Part shown: positions 8,272 to 18,516 of the stretch, piece after piece | How the letters are laid out: every line of letters begins with the position of its first letter | Position numbering within the stretch: position 1 is the first letter of the stretch | DNA from: an uncultured Candidatus Saccharibacteria bacterium | GTDB taxonomy: Bacteria; Patescibacteriota; Doudnabacteria; UBA920 | Assembly: GCA_964532425.1 (NCBI GenBank) | Contig: CAZHIA010000008.1 | Location: forward strand, 13,224-77,223 | DNA length: 64,000 nt | Direction: 5' to 3' | Program-made: the position numbers and the translations under genes | Notes under the pieces: model-generated | The model's database searches: none | What the model saw: the letters and a program-made list of their open reading frames with translations, nothing else | Told to the model about the DNA's origin: nothing

Positions 8272-8727
8272 ATGGAGATCGGGTACCGGTATATATTGCC
8301 CGGGGAAGTAGAGGGAGGTAGCCTTACGAGCGAGATTAACCGCCTGCTGCGCCAGCTATCACCCAATTGTTGTCCACTGGATGCATCGCATCTGTCCCTG
8401 GCTACCAGTCATTCTCGCGTATTGACCGCGTGGAAAGGTCAACAACTGGTTGGCATGGCAACCCTGGTTCCTGTGTTCGCTCCGAGCGGATCCAGCGGGT
8501 TCATCCACGATGTGGTGACGGACGTGTCGGTACGCGGTTGGGGAGTTGGCCGCGAACTCATGAAACGCCTCGTCGAGGAAGCCGGACTCTTAGGTCTCAA
8601 GTTCGTAGAGCTCACTTGCCGCAGCGATCGCGTTGCGGCTAACCGTCTCTACCAGGACTCGGGATTCGTTGCGCGGGACACGAATGTGTACCGCAAAGCT
8701 ATTCTGCAAGGAGGAATAGTCATGTGA
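8272..8727 (+). CDS. GNAT family N-acetyltransferase
   Basis: Acetyl-CoA binding motif RGWGVGRELMKRLVEEA (Q/RxxGxG/A) in a ~150-aa protein. Confidence 0.7.
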   Translation: MEIGYRYILPGEVEGGSLTSEINRLLRQLSPNCCPLDASHLSLATSHSRVLTAWKGQQLVGMATLVPVFAPSGSSGFIHDVVTDVSVRGWGVGRELMKRLVEEAGLLGLKFVELTCRSDRVAANRLYQDSGFVARDTNVYRKAILQGGIVM

Positions 8728-9066
8728 ATAGGATTGATCGTAACGTTCTGTATCGCAAAGGAATATAATCTTTAGGCTCGCATCCTTTGTCTGCAGACCG
8801 CCATACATCCATTCACACCCAATATCAGGAGAGGAACACGCACGTCGTAAAAAGCTTTTCTTGCTTGCTTCATGCAAACAATATCAGCTTTTTACCCGAC
8901 TAACCCATAAATCTTCCGCCCCCGTCGTTCCTCTCCTCCTTTTCTTTTATAGATACTGATATACGGATTTGTACTGACGATACGGATGAATGCGGATAGA
9001 ATGCATCAGTATTATCAGTATCATCCGTACCAATCAGTATATCGGTATCATATTAATATTCGTAAC

Positions 9067-9870
9067 ATGAACATAAGATCAATTCTCAAAAATTTCGGCC
9101 TGAATGAAAAAGAGATAGCCGTGTATCTCGCTCTCGTGGAACTCGGTCCTTCACCGGTACGTACGGTGAGCGCAAAGACCGGTGTGAACCGGGGAACATC
9201 GTACGATATCTTGAAATCCCTCATTGAGCAGGGGATCGTCGCATATTACAACAAACAGACCAAGCAATACTTTGCTGCGGAATCTCCGGAAAAGCTTCTC
9301 AGTGCCCTGGAGGCTAAAGAGCAGCAGCTTGAGGAGGTCAAACAGCAGATCAAGGACAGCATGCCGGAGCTAAAGGGGCTGTTCGAAAAAGAAGGCGGCC
9401 GTCCTATAGTGAAACTGTACGAGGGTGGAACGGGGATCCGGTTCATCTTAGAAGATGTCTTACAAACGATGAAACGCGCCAGTCAAAAACTCTATTACGT
9501 TTATTCCTCAGCAGATATTAAGACTCATTTATACCGCAGTTATAAGGATTTTAACCGGGACCGTCTGAAAGCCAAGGTGAGCAACCGCGTCATAGCTTTT
9601 GGCAAGGGTGGGGAACTGGTCGGTCTTGATGAGCGCAAGTGGATGCCCGCCGAAAGTCCTGAAGGATATTCAGGCGGGTCCGCCACAATAGCCAGTAGGC
9701 CTTTGGGCGGAAATCTTGATACAAGTCCCGCTTACATTCTCATTTATGACGGTAAAGTGGCGATGATCTCGTTGACCGCGGCCCATGACCCCGTCGGTGT
9801 GATTATCGAAGACCAGGCATTATACCAGACCCAGCGAATGATCTTTGAATTTAACTGGAGCAAGTTATAA
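9067..9870 (+). CDS. TrmB-family transcriptional regulator (sugar/glycolytic regulator type)
   Basis: N-terminal winged HTH LNEKEIAVYLALVELGPSPVRTVSAKTGVNRGTSYDILKSLIEQGIV, coiled-coil linker and C-terminal effector domain. The longer ORF begins at 8986, but the ATG at 9067 fits the family N-terminus. Confidence 0.75.
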   Translation: MNIRSILKNFGLNEKEIAVYLALVELGPSPVRTVSAKTGVNRGTSYDILKSLIEQGIVAYYNKQTKQYFAAESPEKLLSALEAKEQQLEEVKQQIKDSMPELKGLFEKEGGRPIVKLYEGGTGIRFILEDVLQTMKRASQKLYYVYSSADIKTHLYRSYKDFNRDRLKAKVSNRVIAFGKGGELVGLDERKWMPAESPEGYSGGSATIASRPLGGNLDTSPAYILIYDGKVAMISLTAAHDPVGVIIEDQALYQTQRMIFEFNWSKL

Positions 9871-9909
9871 TTATGGTTTTGTGCGAAGTTATAAACTGAA
9901 CACGGAGGA

Positions 9910-10971
9910 ATGATGACTGAAACGTTAACGCGTATCGTAACCATCGGCGGCGGTGGAGGCCATGCCCAAATTCTCAAGGGATTAGGAGAGGATGAAGGAT
10001 TGCAAATTACGGCAATCACTACAGCCAGTGATGGCGGTGGCGACACGGACACCATAGCGAGGGAATTCAAGAGTTACGGGGTCAACGGGTCGCTTGGTGA
10101 TGTCGGCAAGTGCTTGTGCGCCCTTTCGCCTGATCGGCAGCTCGCGGAAGAGCTTCTTTACCGGTTCCCCTGTGGCAGCCGGAAAGGGCAGTCGTTGAAG
10201 AACAGCCTATTTTTGGCACTGATCTGCAAATACGGACCCGAGCGAGCGCTTGATCGCATGCACCGACTGCTTTCCATCCATCCTCGCCATCAGGTTTTGC
10301 CGGTAAGTTTCGAGCGAACCAACCTTATGGTAAGGCTGAAAAGCGGTCAGATCCTGTCTGGCGAGGGGTATATCGATACGCTCTCACAGAACAAACTCTG
10401 GAAAGCTGAACATCACCAGATTGTTGATGTCTGGCTGAAACCTAAGATTCCGGCGCAACCCGCGGCAATCAGGGCAATCGAACAAGCTGACTTTATCATT
10501 CTGGGCGTAGGTGACTTGTACACGAGTGTCATACCGGCACTCTTGCCGGACGGCTTAGCTCAGGCGATCAAGCATTCGTCCGCCCCGGTCATTGCACTCA
10601 TCAACCTTATGACTAAGATAGGAGAAACGGACGGGTATGCGGCGAGCGATTTTGTGCAGGAGATGACCCGCCGGATTGGGGACCGTTACCCGGATTTTAT
10701 TGTGTGTAATGCCAGCCCTATTCCCAAAAACCTCTTGAGGCGGTATCATCGAAAGGAGCACAAAGTAGCCGTGGTCGCAGATACTCTCGGGGATATCGGC
10801 AACCAGTCGGTCCTCGTACGGGCAGATCTGTGGACTTCCAACGAGCAAGGCCACATTATCCATGACCCGGTAAAGACTGCGGCTGCCCTGAAAGAGATCA
10901 TGGCAGGGGAGATGGCAGGAGTGAGCTCAGCGCGTTCAACGTATAAAGTGCTGCAGGCGCGCGCAAGTTAG
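9910..10971 (+). CDS. YvcK/CofD-family protein (UPF0052; gluconeogenesis factor / 2-phospho-L-lactate transferase-like)
   Basis: N-terminal IVTIGGGGGHAQILKGL...ITAITTASDGGGDTDTI signature of the CofD/YvcK family. Confidence 0.7.
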   Translation: MMTETLTRIVTIGGGGGHAQILKGLGEDEGLQITAITTASDGGGDTDTIAREFKSYGVNGSLGDVGKCLCALSPDRQLAEELLYRFPCGSRKGQSLKNSLFLALICKYGPERALDRMHRLLSIHPRHQVLPVSFERTNLMVRLKSGQILSGEGYIDTLSQNKLWKAEHHQIVDVWLKPKIPAQPAAIRAIEQADFIILGVGDLYTSVIPALLPDGLAQAIKHSSAPVIALINLMTKIGETDGYAASDFVQEMTRRIGDRYPDFIVCNASPIPKNLLRRYHRKEHKVAVVADTLGDIGNQSVLVRADLWTSNEQGHIIHDPVKTAAALKEIMAGEMAGVSSARSTYKVLQARAS

Positions 10972-11048
10972 TCTTGCACCCGCCATACCGCTACCGACCG
11001 GCGACACGCAGTACTGTCGTCGGTTTCCCAAAATTATTTTAATATATC

Positions 11049-11789
11049 ATGAGAAGCCAGATCATTATCTTAGCTGCCGGCAAAGGAACGAGAATGAACA
11101 ATGCTGACGTTCCCAAGGTCCTGGTCATGCTCAAACAAAAACCGTTGATCCTTCACCTACTCCATGAGCTGGAAAAGATCAATCAGCTGGCGAAGCCTAT
11201 TGTGGTCGTCGGGTACCAGCACACGCTTGTCCGCGGAGTGCTCGGTGACTCGTATGAATATGCCTACCAGGAACAGCAGCTCGGAACTGCCCATGCGGTC
11301 ACATGCGCGGACAGTAAGATACGCGCGCAAAATGTTTTAGTCTTGTACGGCGATATGCCGTTTATTCGGGCAGAGAGCCTGAAAGAGCTTATCCGATATC
11401 ACCACGGGTACCGGGAGGTTCTCACGATGTTCACTTCCACGGTTCCGAGTTTTGATGAATTTCCCTCATTACTCCGTTTTGGTAGGATCATCCGGAATGT
11501 TTCGGGCCAGGTAGTAAAGATCACCGAATACAAGGATGCTACGCCTGAAGAGCAGGCGATCAGGGAGGTTAATCCGGGTATTTATATGTTCAATACCGAC
11601 TGGCTTCGGGCAAATATCGGCAAGGTCGGACGCCTGAATGTCCAGGGGGAATTTTATCTCACTGACATGGTCGAAGTGGCTATTCGCGATGGCCACCGTG
11701 TCCGCACCTTGCCGGTTCCCCCCGCGCAGGTGCTCGGAGTCAACAGTCCCGAAGAGCTGCAGTTTGCCGAACGGGTGAGCGTCGGATAA
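11049..11789 (+). CDS. sugar-phosphate nucleotidyltransferase, GlmU N-terminal-domain-like (no acetyltransferase domain)
   Basis: LAAGKGTRM pyrophosphorylase signature, VPKVL, QEQQLGTAHAV, VLYGDMPFI motifs. 246 aa. Confidence 0.7.
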   Translation: MRSQIIILAAGKGTRMNNADVPKVLVMLKQKPLILHLLHELEKINQLAKPIVVVGYQHTLVRGVLGDSYEYAYQEQQLGTAHAVTCADSKIRAQNVLVLYGDMPFIRAESLKELIRYHHGYREVLTMFTSTVPSFDEFPSLLRFGRIIRNVSGQVVKITEYKDATPEEQAIREVNPGIYMFNTDWLRANIGKVGRLNVQGEFYLTDMVEVAIRDGHRVRTLPVPPAQVLGVNSPEELQFAERVSVG

Positions 11790-11882
11790 AGGAAGAGCGG
11801 AAAGGAAAACAGCGGAGCTGTCCGGATTTTGGAAAATTCAAAATCAGGCGGACATATCCGCTGTAGTACAAGGGGAAGACTG

Positions 11883-12314
11883 CTACCGGTAGAGCCGTTC
11901 CTTGATCCAAGGCTCGCTGCCTTTGATATTGTAGAGAACAAGGTCCGGGCTGACCCTGCTCATCCGGTGGAATACCCCGGGAGGAAGCACGATGGCTTGC
12001 GGAGCATGAAGATAGTATGTGGTGCCGTCTTCTAATTCTAACTCCATTTCTCCACGCAAGACAGTGTATACTTCCGGCGTATTGGGTCCATGGTGGTGGT
12101 AGTGTTGTTCTACACAGACCGTTGAATGCTCGCTGGTTGCGTAGTGGACCTGGAGATGGTTAAAGCGATAGCCGTCCTCTCCAGGATCTGGACCGATAAG
12201 GATGCAAAGAGGTTTTGCTCCCAGCGTGTGAACTTGGCATCCGGAAGCATCGCCTTGTGGCTCATGTACAGCAATATCTGCAAGGTCTAAGGCTCCCATA
12301 GCGTCTGGTCCCAT
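11883..12314 (-). CDS. cupin-domain protein
   Basis: Cupin motifs HYHHHGPNTPEVYTVLRGE ... LPPGVFHRM. Confidence 0.5.
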   Translation of the reverse strand: MGPDAMGALDLADIAVHEPQGDASGCQVHTLGAKPLCILIGPDPGEDGYRFNHLQVHYATSEHSTVCVEQHYHHHGPNTPEVYTVLRGEMELELEDGTTYYLHAPQAIVLPPGVFHRMSRVSPDLVLYNIKGSEPWIKERLYR

Positions 12315-12401
12315 AATAAATCTCCTCCTGTATTTCCGAATGCAGTATAGGACGAACGTTCAAATAACCTCTTATGGCATTTGCTGTTTCAGTAGGCAGT
12401 C

Positions 12402-13205
12402 TTATTGTTCGAAGATCTGGAAATCATTTCCTATAATTATTTCTCCGCCATAACCGGCTTTTTTTATTTCTGCGATAATGGTTTCGTCAGAATCCAATCC
12501 GGTATAGTGAAACAGAATGGCTTTTTTTACGTCAGCAGCGGCACAAATAGCACCCACATCGTGCGGACTCAAATGTCCGTAGTCGCGGGCAGCTCGTTGG
12601 TCGCCGACCCTGGCCGACGCCTCGCAGACGAACCAGTCCGCGCCTTTGGCAATCTCTCGAATGCCGGGGCATTCGCCGGTATCGCCAGAATACACAAATA
12701 TCCCATCTGGAGTTTCCAGACGGAAACCAATGGCATCCATCTTGCCCCACTCGTGGTACATACTGGCAGCGCTCAACCGGGCTGTACCGATACTAATTTT
12801 ATTTGAAGACGGCAAGGGAACGAAATTGAGCTTGGTTTTGAGTTTTTCTAAAGGAAAATTCGGCGATTGCATGTTCCATCGGGCCTGGTAGGTTTCCACA
12901 ATATGTCGGGGACAGTATATGGTAACTTCCGGCAAGGCAAAATGTTCTCCGCCCCAGTTCCATCGGTTGGCCATGCTTTGGTGGTACTGTACCAATGCGT
13001 CATGATCGGGATTGGCGTGGCTAATGGCAATATGGCGGATTTTCGATGGGTCAAATCCCGCTTCCTCGAGTCGCCAGCGGACTCCCTCACTGCATTCAAA
13101 AAGCATGATCTGGTCTTCCCACTCTACAACGAATGCGGGCGGTTTGCGGTTAGAAATATTCGGAATAGTCGAGCAGGTGCCGGAGCCTAAGATGGTCAGT
13201 TTCAT
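12402..13205 (-). CDS. metallo-beta-lactamase-fold hydrolase
   Basis: ILGSG..., ISHANPDHDAL (HxHxDH variant), downstream His/Asp ligands. Confidence 0.6.
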   Translation of the reverse strand: MKLTILGSGTCSTIPNISNRKPPAFVVEWEDQIMLFECSEGVRWRLEEAGFDPSKIRHIAISHANPDHDALVQYHQSMANRWNWGGEHFALPEVTIYCPRHIVETYQARWNMQSPNFPLEKLKTKLNFVPLPSSNKISIGTARLSAASMYHEWGKMDAIGFRLETPDGIFVYSGDTGECPGIREIAKGADWFVCEASARVGDQRAARDYGHLSPHDVGAICAAADVKKAILFHYTGLDSDETIIAEIKKAGYGGEIIIGNDFQIFEQ

Positions 13206-13247
13206 GATTTTACGATAGTATTATGATGATTGTAATAACGTATATCT

Positions 13248-14573
13248 ATGCGTATTATTGCTGATTTGCACATTCATTCCAAATATAGCAGGGCTTGCTC
13301 GCAGGATCTGACTCCTGAAAACATTGCGGTTTGGGCAGCTAAAAAGGGTATTGGCCTGATGGGTACCGGGGATTTTACCCATCCGGCCTGGCTCGATATT
13401 TTAAAAAGCGGTTTAGAGGAGACTAAACCCGGGTTGTATCAGTTGCGAAAAATTGTGACAGATGCCAGGCCGTCCTCCGTAGTTTTAGCGAAGGAGGGCC
13501 ATATTCAAACCTTCTTTATGCTTACCGTCGAAGTATCTTCGATATACAAGTTCGGTGACAAGGTTCGTCGCGTGCACAATTTGATTTTTGCTCCTAATTT
13601 CGAGGCGGTGGATCGTATTGTAGCCGGTCTCGAACAAGCTGGAGCAAATTTAAAAGCCGACGGCCGGCCTATAATGGGCGTGCATTGCGACGAATTGGTT
13701 AAGATCGTCAAAGAGGCGGACGAGCGGGCCGAGGTTATTCCGGCGCATGCCTGGACGCCGCACTTCGGGCTGTTCGGTTCTTTATCAGGCTTTGATTCGG
13801 TGGAAGAGGCATTCGGTGACCAGAGTAAATATATTTTTGCTATTGAAACGGGGCTGTCTTCGGATCCTAAAATGAATTGGCAGGTCTCCGGTCTCGACCG
13901 GTACACGCTCATTTCCAATTCAGACGCCCACAGTTTACGCAAAATAGGGAGGGAGGCGAATGTTTTTGAAGTTGATGCGGAAAAATTGTCTTATGGCGAG
14001 ATTATCCGCATTATTAAAGACAAGAACCCGTCAGAGTTTTTGCATACCATCGAGTTCTTCCCGGAGGAGGGTAAGTACCATTTGGATGGGCATGCAGACT
14101 GCAAGTTTTCCTGTTTGCCGGAAGAAACCAAAGCGCTCGGCGGTATTTGTCCGGTATGCGGCAAGAAACTGCTGGTAGGAGTTTTAAATCGAGTCGATCA
14201 ATTGGCTGACCGCACTTTTGGATTTGTGCCACCACATTCTGTGCCGTTTAGGAACGTGATCCCTTTGGAAGAGGTTATCGCTGAAACTCTGGAAGTTGGG
14301 GTAAGCAGCAAGAAGGTGTTGGCGATGTATGAGAAGATGACCTCAGCTCAAATTACAAATGACAAATTTCAAATTGCAAATGAGTTTCAAATTTTGCTTG
14401 ATTTAGCTGAAGAGGAAATTGTTACAATCTCCACCTCTGAAATCACCAAGTCCGTTATTCGTGTGCGGCAAGGCCAGGTGCACGTGGAGGGCGGGTATGA
14501 CGGAGTGTTTGGCAGGATTCACATTTACCCAGGCACCAAACCCTGGAAAAAAGTACAAAGTGCGTTATTCTAA
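13248..14573 (+). CDS. endonuclease Q (EndoQ; acts 5' of deaminated bases), archaeal type
   Basis: PHP-like N-domain DLHIHSKYSRA, GTGDFTHPAW, PAHAWTPHFG, ETGLSSDP, SNSDAHS...GREANVFEV, plus C-terminal zinc finger CKFSC...CPVCGKK. This matches the EndoQ family (Pyrococcus PF1551-like) along its whole length. Confidence 0.75.
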   Translation: MRIIADLHIHSKYSRACSQDLTPENIAVWAAKKGIGLMGTGDFTHPAWLDILKSGLEETKPGLYQLRKIVTDARPSSVVLAKEGHIQTFFMLTVEVSSIYKFGDKVRRVHNLIFAPNFEAVDRIVAGLEQAGANLKADGRPIMGVHCDELVKIVKEADERAEVIPAHAWTPHFGLFGSLSGFDSVEEAFGDQSKYIFAIETGLSSDPKMNWQVSGLDRYTLISNSDAHSLRKIGREANVFEVDAEKLSYGEIIRIIKDKNPSEFLHTIEFFPEEGKYHLDGHADCKFSCLPEETKALGGICPVCGKKLLVGVLNRVDQLADRTFGFVPPHSVPFRNVIPLEEVIAETLEVGVSSKKVLAMYEKMTSAQITNDKFQIANEFQILLDLAEEEIVTISTSEITKSVIRVRQGQVHVEGGYDGVFGRIHIYPGTKPWKKVQSALF

Positions 14574-14856
14574 GAAAGTGTACGGAGCCGATCATTATTA
14601 AATATTGTAATTTGGTGCCTGGGTTTATGATGAGACTGAACGGGATCAGTTATTTCATAAACCGAAGCAAATGGGGTTATTCTAAAAAGCACCAAGTTCC
14701 AAATAACAAATTTCAAATAAATTCCAATACCCAAATTTCTAATAATTGAACTATTCATGTTTGAAATTTTGGATGTGTTGTTTGTTTGTTATTTGATGCT
14801 TGTGATTTGGAATTTTAACATATAAAATGCTTGGGAGTTTATAATAAGGAGATGTC

Positions 14857-16377
14857 ATGATGACTTATAACCAGGTTGTTCTTATTATTCTCGATGGCTG
14901 GGGGCATCGCGAGGATTCAAAACATAATGCTATCGCAGAGGCGAGGACGCCTTTTTTTGACTCGTTGATTGAGAAATATCCGCATAGCCTGCTTGATGCC
15001 AGTAGTTCAAGTGTCGGTCTGCCCGAAGGGCAGATTGGCAACAGTGAAGTCGGCCACATGACTATAGGCGCCGGTAAGGTGATCGACACGGATCTGGTCC
15101 GCATTAATAAGGCGGTGACGTCCGGCGAGTTTGAGACGAACCCTGCTTTCGTGCAGCTGTTTGACCATGTTAAGAAAAATAATTCCGTTTTACACGTCTT
15201 AGGCTTGGTCAGCCCCGGGGGAGTGCACAGCCATCAGGACCATTTGCATGCGTTCCTGCGTGCGGCTAAGAAGGCCGGTATATCGCAGGTGGTGATCCAT
15301 GCCTTTACCGACGGACGCGATGTGCCGCCCCAGAGCGCCCATGAATATTTGCGGGAGTTGGAACGAGTGATTGCGGAAGTCGGGTTGGGGTTTATCGCCA
15401 CCGCAACCGGCCGTTTCTATGCCATGGACCGTGATAAAAATTGGGATCGGGTGGCCAAAGCCGAGGCGGCGATTTTCGAAGGGGAGGGAAAAGTCGCTGG
15501 TGCGCAGAAGCCTTCTGCTGCGCTGGAACTCCTGCACGGAAAAGGTATGCTGGATGAACATCTCGAGCCCGTGATATTTCTGGATGACACGGGTAAAAAC
15601 TATCAAGTCTCTCCACACGACGGTATGTTTTTCTTCAACTATCGGGCCGACCGGGCCCGGCAGATAAGCCAGCGGGTCATAGAAAGGACTCGCGATCAAG
15701 ATATCCTATTTGTTACTTTGACGGAGTATGAGGCGGGCATGAATTCGGTAGTTGCCTTCCCGCCGCAAAAGATCGAAACCACGCTTGCTGCTGAGGTTTC
15801 CAAAGCCGGCTTGTCCCAAGCACATATCGCGGAAACGGAAAAGTACGCGCATGCCACATATTTTCTCAATGGCGGCAGGGAAGAGAAGCATCCTGGAGAA
15901 GAACATATACTCATCGAGAGCAGGAAAGACGTTAAGACACACGACGAAGCGCCGGAAATGCGCGCCAGGGAGATCGCGGATGAGGCGATTCGCCAGATCG
16001 AAAAAGGCACGAACTTTATTTTTATCAACTTCGCCAATGCGGATATGGTCGGGCATACCGGGAAGAAGGATGCGATCGTGAAGGCAGTGGAAGAAGTCGA
16101 TCACCAATTGTCCCGTGTTATAGGGTCGAGCTTGAGCCGTCCGTCGTGTGCCGTATTTATCACTGCTGACCATGGTAATGCCGAAACTAATGTCGATCCG
16201 GCTACCGGAGTCATGCATACCGCCCACACTACCAATTTTGTTCCTGCTATCGCTACTGCGGATTATGGAAAACTCGTGAATGGGGGGTTGGCTGACGTGG
16301 CTCCCACCATACTCCACTTGCTCGGCCTGCCGCAACCGGAAGCAATGACTGGTAAGAATTTGTCCATAACGGAATAA
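14857..16377 (+). CDS. gpmI: 2,3-bisphosphoglycerate-independent phosphoglycerate mutase
   Basis: N-terminus VLIILDGWG, NSEVGHMTIGAG, DGRD, and phosphatase C-domain motifs. 506 aa. Confidence 0.9.
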   Translation: MMTYNQVVLIILDGWGHREDSKHNAIAEARTPFFDSLIEKYPHSLLDASSSSVGLPEGQIGNSEVGHMTIGAGKVIDTDLVRINKAVTSGEFETNPAFVQLFDHVKKNNSVLHVLGLVSPGGVHSHQDHLHAFLRAAKKAGISQVVIHAFTDGRDVPPQSAHEYLRELERVIAEVGLGFIATATGRFYAMDRDKNWDRVAKAEAAIFEGEGKVAGAQKPSAALELLHGKGMLDEHLEPVIFLDDTGKNYQVSPHDGMFFFNYRADRARQISQRVIERTRDQDILFVTLTEYEAGMNSVVAFPPQKIETTLAAEVSKAGLSQAHIAETEKYAHATYFLNGGREEKHPGEEHILIESRKDVKTHDEAPEMRAREIADEAIRQIEKGTNFIFINFANADMVGHTGKKDAIVKAVEEVDHQLSRVIGSSLSRPSCAVFITADHGNAETNVDPATGVMHTAHTTNFVPAIATADYGKLVNGGLADVAPTILHLLGLPQPEAMTGKNLSITE

Positions 16378-16391
16378 TCAATTATGTCCTA

Positions 16392-16431
16392 AAGAGACTC
16401 TTTGGCTTCTTAATTGAAGAGTCTTTTTTGT
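16392..16431 (+). terminator. rho-independent terminator after gpmI
   Basis: aaagagactctt...aagagtctttttt hairpin plus T-run. Confidence 0.5.
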
Positions 16432-16504
16432 ATTAGACCGGATCTCTTTACAGAACATGCTCGTTGTGATATTATGGTTCGTTCACAAGGGGAAAGGAGG
16501 TACC

Positions 16505-16927
16505 ATGCCGCACAAGAAACCGATCGGGATCGCAGTACACGTGGCGGTTTTCCGGTCCGGAAAAATTCTGCTCGGAAAGAGAAAGGGACGGATCGGTGAC
16601 GGCACGTGGTGCCTTCCCGGAGGAAAGCTCGAGCCTGGCGAGCATCTCGCCGAAGGAGCATGCCGCGAATTGCTGCAGGAGACTGGCCTGCAGGCTAATG
16701 CTGCGGACCTCAGGCTCATCAATATAACCAATGGCCCGACCGATAGGGGTCATTATATCCACTTCACTTTTTTGGCGCCGGAAATACCGGGGGAGCCCGC
16801 GGTCACTGAGCCGGATGAGTTCGAGCAGTGGGAATGGTTCAGTCTTCATGCCCTTCCGGAGCCAGTTTTCTTCGGCCAAGTCAAACTGCTGGAAGCTTTG
16901 CGGGGCCAGGTGTTTCTGGCCGATTAG
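16505..16927 (+). CDS. NUDIX hydrolase
   Basis: Nudix box GGKLEPGEHLAEGACRELLQETGL. AGGAGG RBS 7 nt before the ATG at 16505. Confidence 0.75.
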   Translation: MPHKKPIGIAVHVAVFRSGKILLGKRKGRIGDGTWCLPGGKLEPGEHLAEGACRELLQETGLQANAADLRLINITNGPTDRGHYIHFTFLAPEIPGEPAVTEPDEFEQWEWFSLHALPEPVFFGQVKLLEALRGQVFLAD

Positions 16928-16956
16928 CTTGCAGTGGCTACGGTTCGATTGTGTTC

Positions 16957-16995
16957 AAACGAAAAACAGTATTCACGTTATGTGAATACTGTTTT
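16957..16995. terminator. bidirectional terminator hairpin between convergent NUDIX and glycerate kinase genes
   Basis: aaaacagtattcacg-ttat-gtgaatactgtttt, a perfect 14-bp stem flanked by A- and T-runs. Confidence 0.6.
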
Positions 16996-17122
16996 GATTT
17001 TGTTGGAGAGCTATGTGCTGGCAATTTGATATGCCCAACACAATGTATTTAAATGATTGCCATGAATAAGCAGCTTCTACTCTTTTAAATCTTGTTCAAC
17101 CATGTCAATCTTTTAAATCTAT

Positions 17123-18412
17123 TTATTTCCTATACCACACCAGAAAATCCGATACATTAGATTCCGTCGGACCGGTAAATACCAGTTCGTGTCCGAGTTT
17201 TTCGAAGAATGTGTACCCGTCGAACCGTTCCAGATACTCTTGGACCGCAATGTCCATGGTACGGGCGCGACTGATCGTTTCGGCGTCCAGAATTACTCCT
17301 GCGGAATCGGAATTATCCAGTCCGTCGGAAGCCATGCAAGCCAGCGTATCATTGGTGGTAACGTAATTGAACGCCTTCATTCCCGTATAGGAATTTCTGC
17401 CGCCTTTGCCGTCAGGTTTGTCCACGACAATTTTTATCTCGCTACCGGCGAGTACGACGGAGCCGGGTTCCAGGGCATCGAGCAGCTTCTTGAGGGTCCC
17501 GTCAGCGGTTTCAAACAGCTCTGCAGAAACGATGCGGGGTTTGAGGCCGAACCAGCTGGCGGTCTTGGCCATGGCATCCAACGCAATGACATTGGACACT
17601 ATGGGGATATTGTAGACTTTTTCGAAGTATTTCGGTTCTTTTGGCGTTTCAATAAGATCGTACTTTCCCAAGTCGTATCTTTCAATCACCGCTTTGGCAT
17701 CGGCAATGGTGGAACTATCAAGATAGGTCGGGCCGCTGTCGACAAAGTTGTAACTGTCACCGGCTACATCGGAAAAAATTAGGCTGATGACCGTTGCGGG
17801 GTAGAGCAGTTTGGCCAGACCGCCGCCTTTAACCGGGGAGAGGTGCTTGCGGACCGTGTTGAGGTCTTTAATATCTCCCTCAGCTTTGAGAAACGCGTTG
17901 TAGAGCCGAACGCCCTGGTTACATTCTTCCTGGTTCCAGCAGAGCAGGGCCGAACCGCCGCCTGAAATTAGATTGATGACCAGGTCTTTTTCGGAAATAT
18001 CCTTGACCATCTCCGCCATCTTTTCCGCCACTTCGACGTTCTGCAGAGAGGGGAGGGGGTGGGTTCCGACAAATGTTTGAATAGTCTTCGTCGGGGCTTG
18101 TTTGATGCTGATAACGATGCCGGCAGTGATTTTCTCTCCCAGGATCCTTTCCAGACTGACGGCTGCTTTTGCTGAAGCTTTGCCGAAGCCAAGAACCAGT
18201 ACGCGGTTGTACTGGTTCAAATCAAAATGGCGGTCCTGAATGAATAGGATATTTCCTTGCAGCCGCACTTGGGAGCGCATGACCTTCTCGGTACTGATGG
18301 CATCAAAGCCGGCGTTGACGATCTCCAGTACCTTTTGCCGTTCTTCGGTAATGGCAAGTTGGTTGTAATTTTGTATCCAGCGGTTGGACATTTTGTTTTC
18401 TTTCGGCGTCAT
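17123..18412 (-). CDS. glycerate 2-kinase (MOFRL family)
   Basis: 429 aa. N-terminal DUF4147-like and C-terminal MOFRL-like regions (VLGFGKAS..., GGE..., C-terminal GPTGTNV-like TGPTESNVSD). Confidence 0.65.
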   Translation of the reverse strand: MTPKENKMSNRWIQNYNQLAITEERQKVLEIVNAGFDAISTEKVMRSQVRLQGNILFIQDRHFDLNQYNRVLVLGFGKASAKAAVSLERILGEKITAGIVISIKQAPTKTIQTFVGTHPLPSLQNVEVAEKMAEMVKDISEKDLVINLISGGGSALLCWNQEECNQGVRLYNAFLKAEGDIKDLNTVRKHLSPVKGGGLAKLLYPATVISLIFSDVAGDSYNFVDSGPTYLDSSTIADAKAVIERYDLGKYDLIETPKEPKYFEKVYNIPIVSNVIALDAMAKTASWFGLKPRIVSAELFETADGTLKKLLDALEPGSVVLAGSEIKIVVDKPDGKGGRNSYTGMKAFNYVTTNDTLACMASDGLDNSDSAGVILDAETISRARTMDIAVQEYLERFDGYTFFEKLGHELVFTGPTESNVSDFLVWYRK

Positions 18413-18516
18413 TCCGAGGGAGTGCTTCCGACCGAGGAATCCCTTATACTTTATTGTTTAAGAGATCCTTCGCCCTTCAGATGCATTCAGGACTCAGGAT
18501 GACGCCTTTATAGACG

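Noticed and set aside
14341-14760. AT-rich caaat / ttcaaat repetitive DNA at the end of the EndoQ gene and in the spacer before gpmI; similar ggaaatt repeats at 38990-39060. Considered as a CRISPR or minisatellite.
   Set aside because: No regular repeat-spacer periodicity and no conserved repeat unit of 25-40 bp. This is low-complexity AT-rich intergenic or promoter DNA. No cas genes anywhere in the window.
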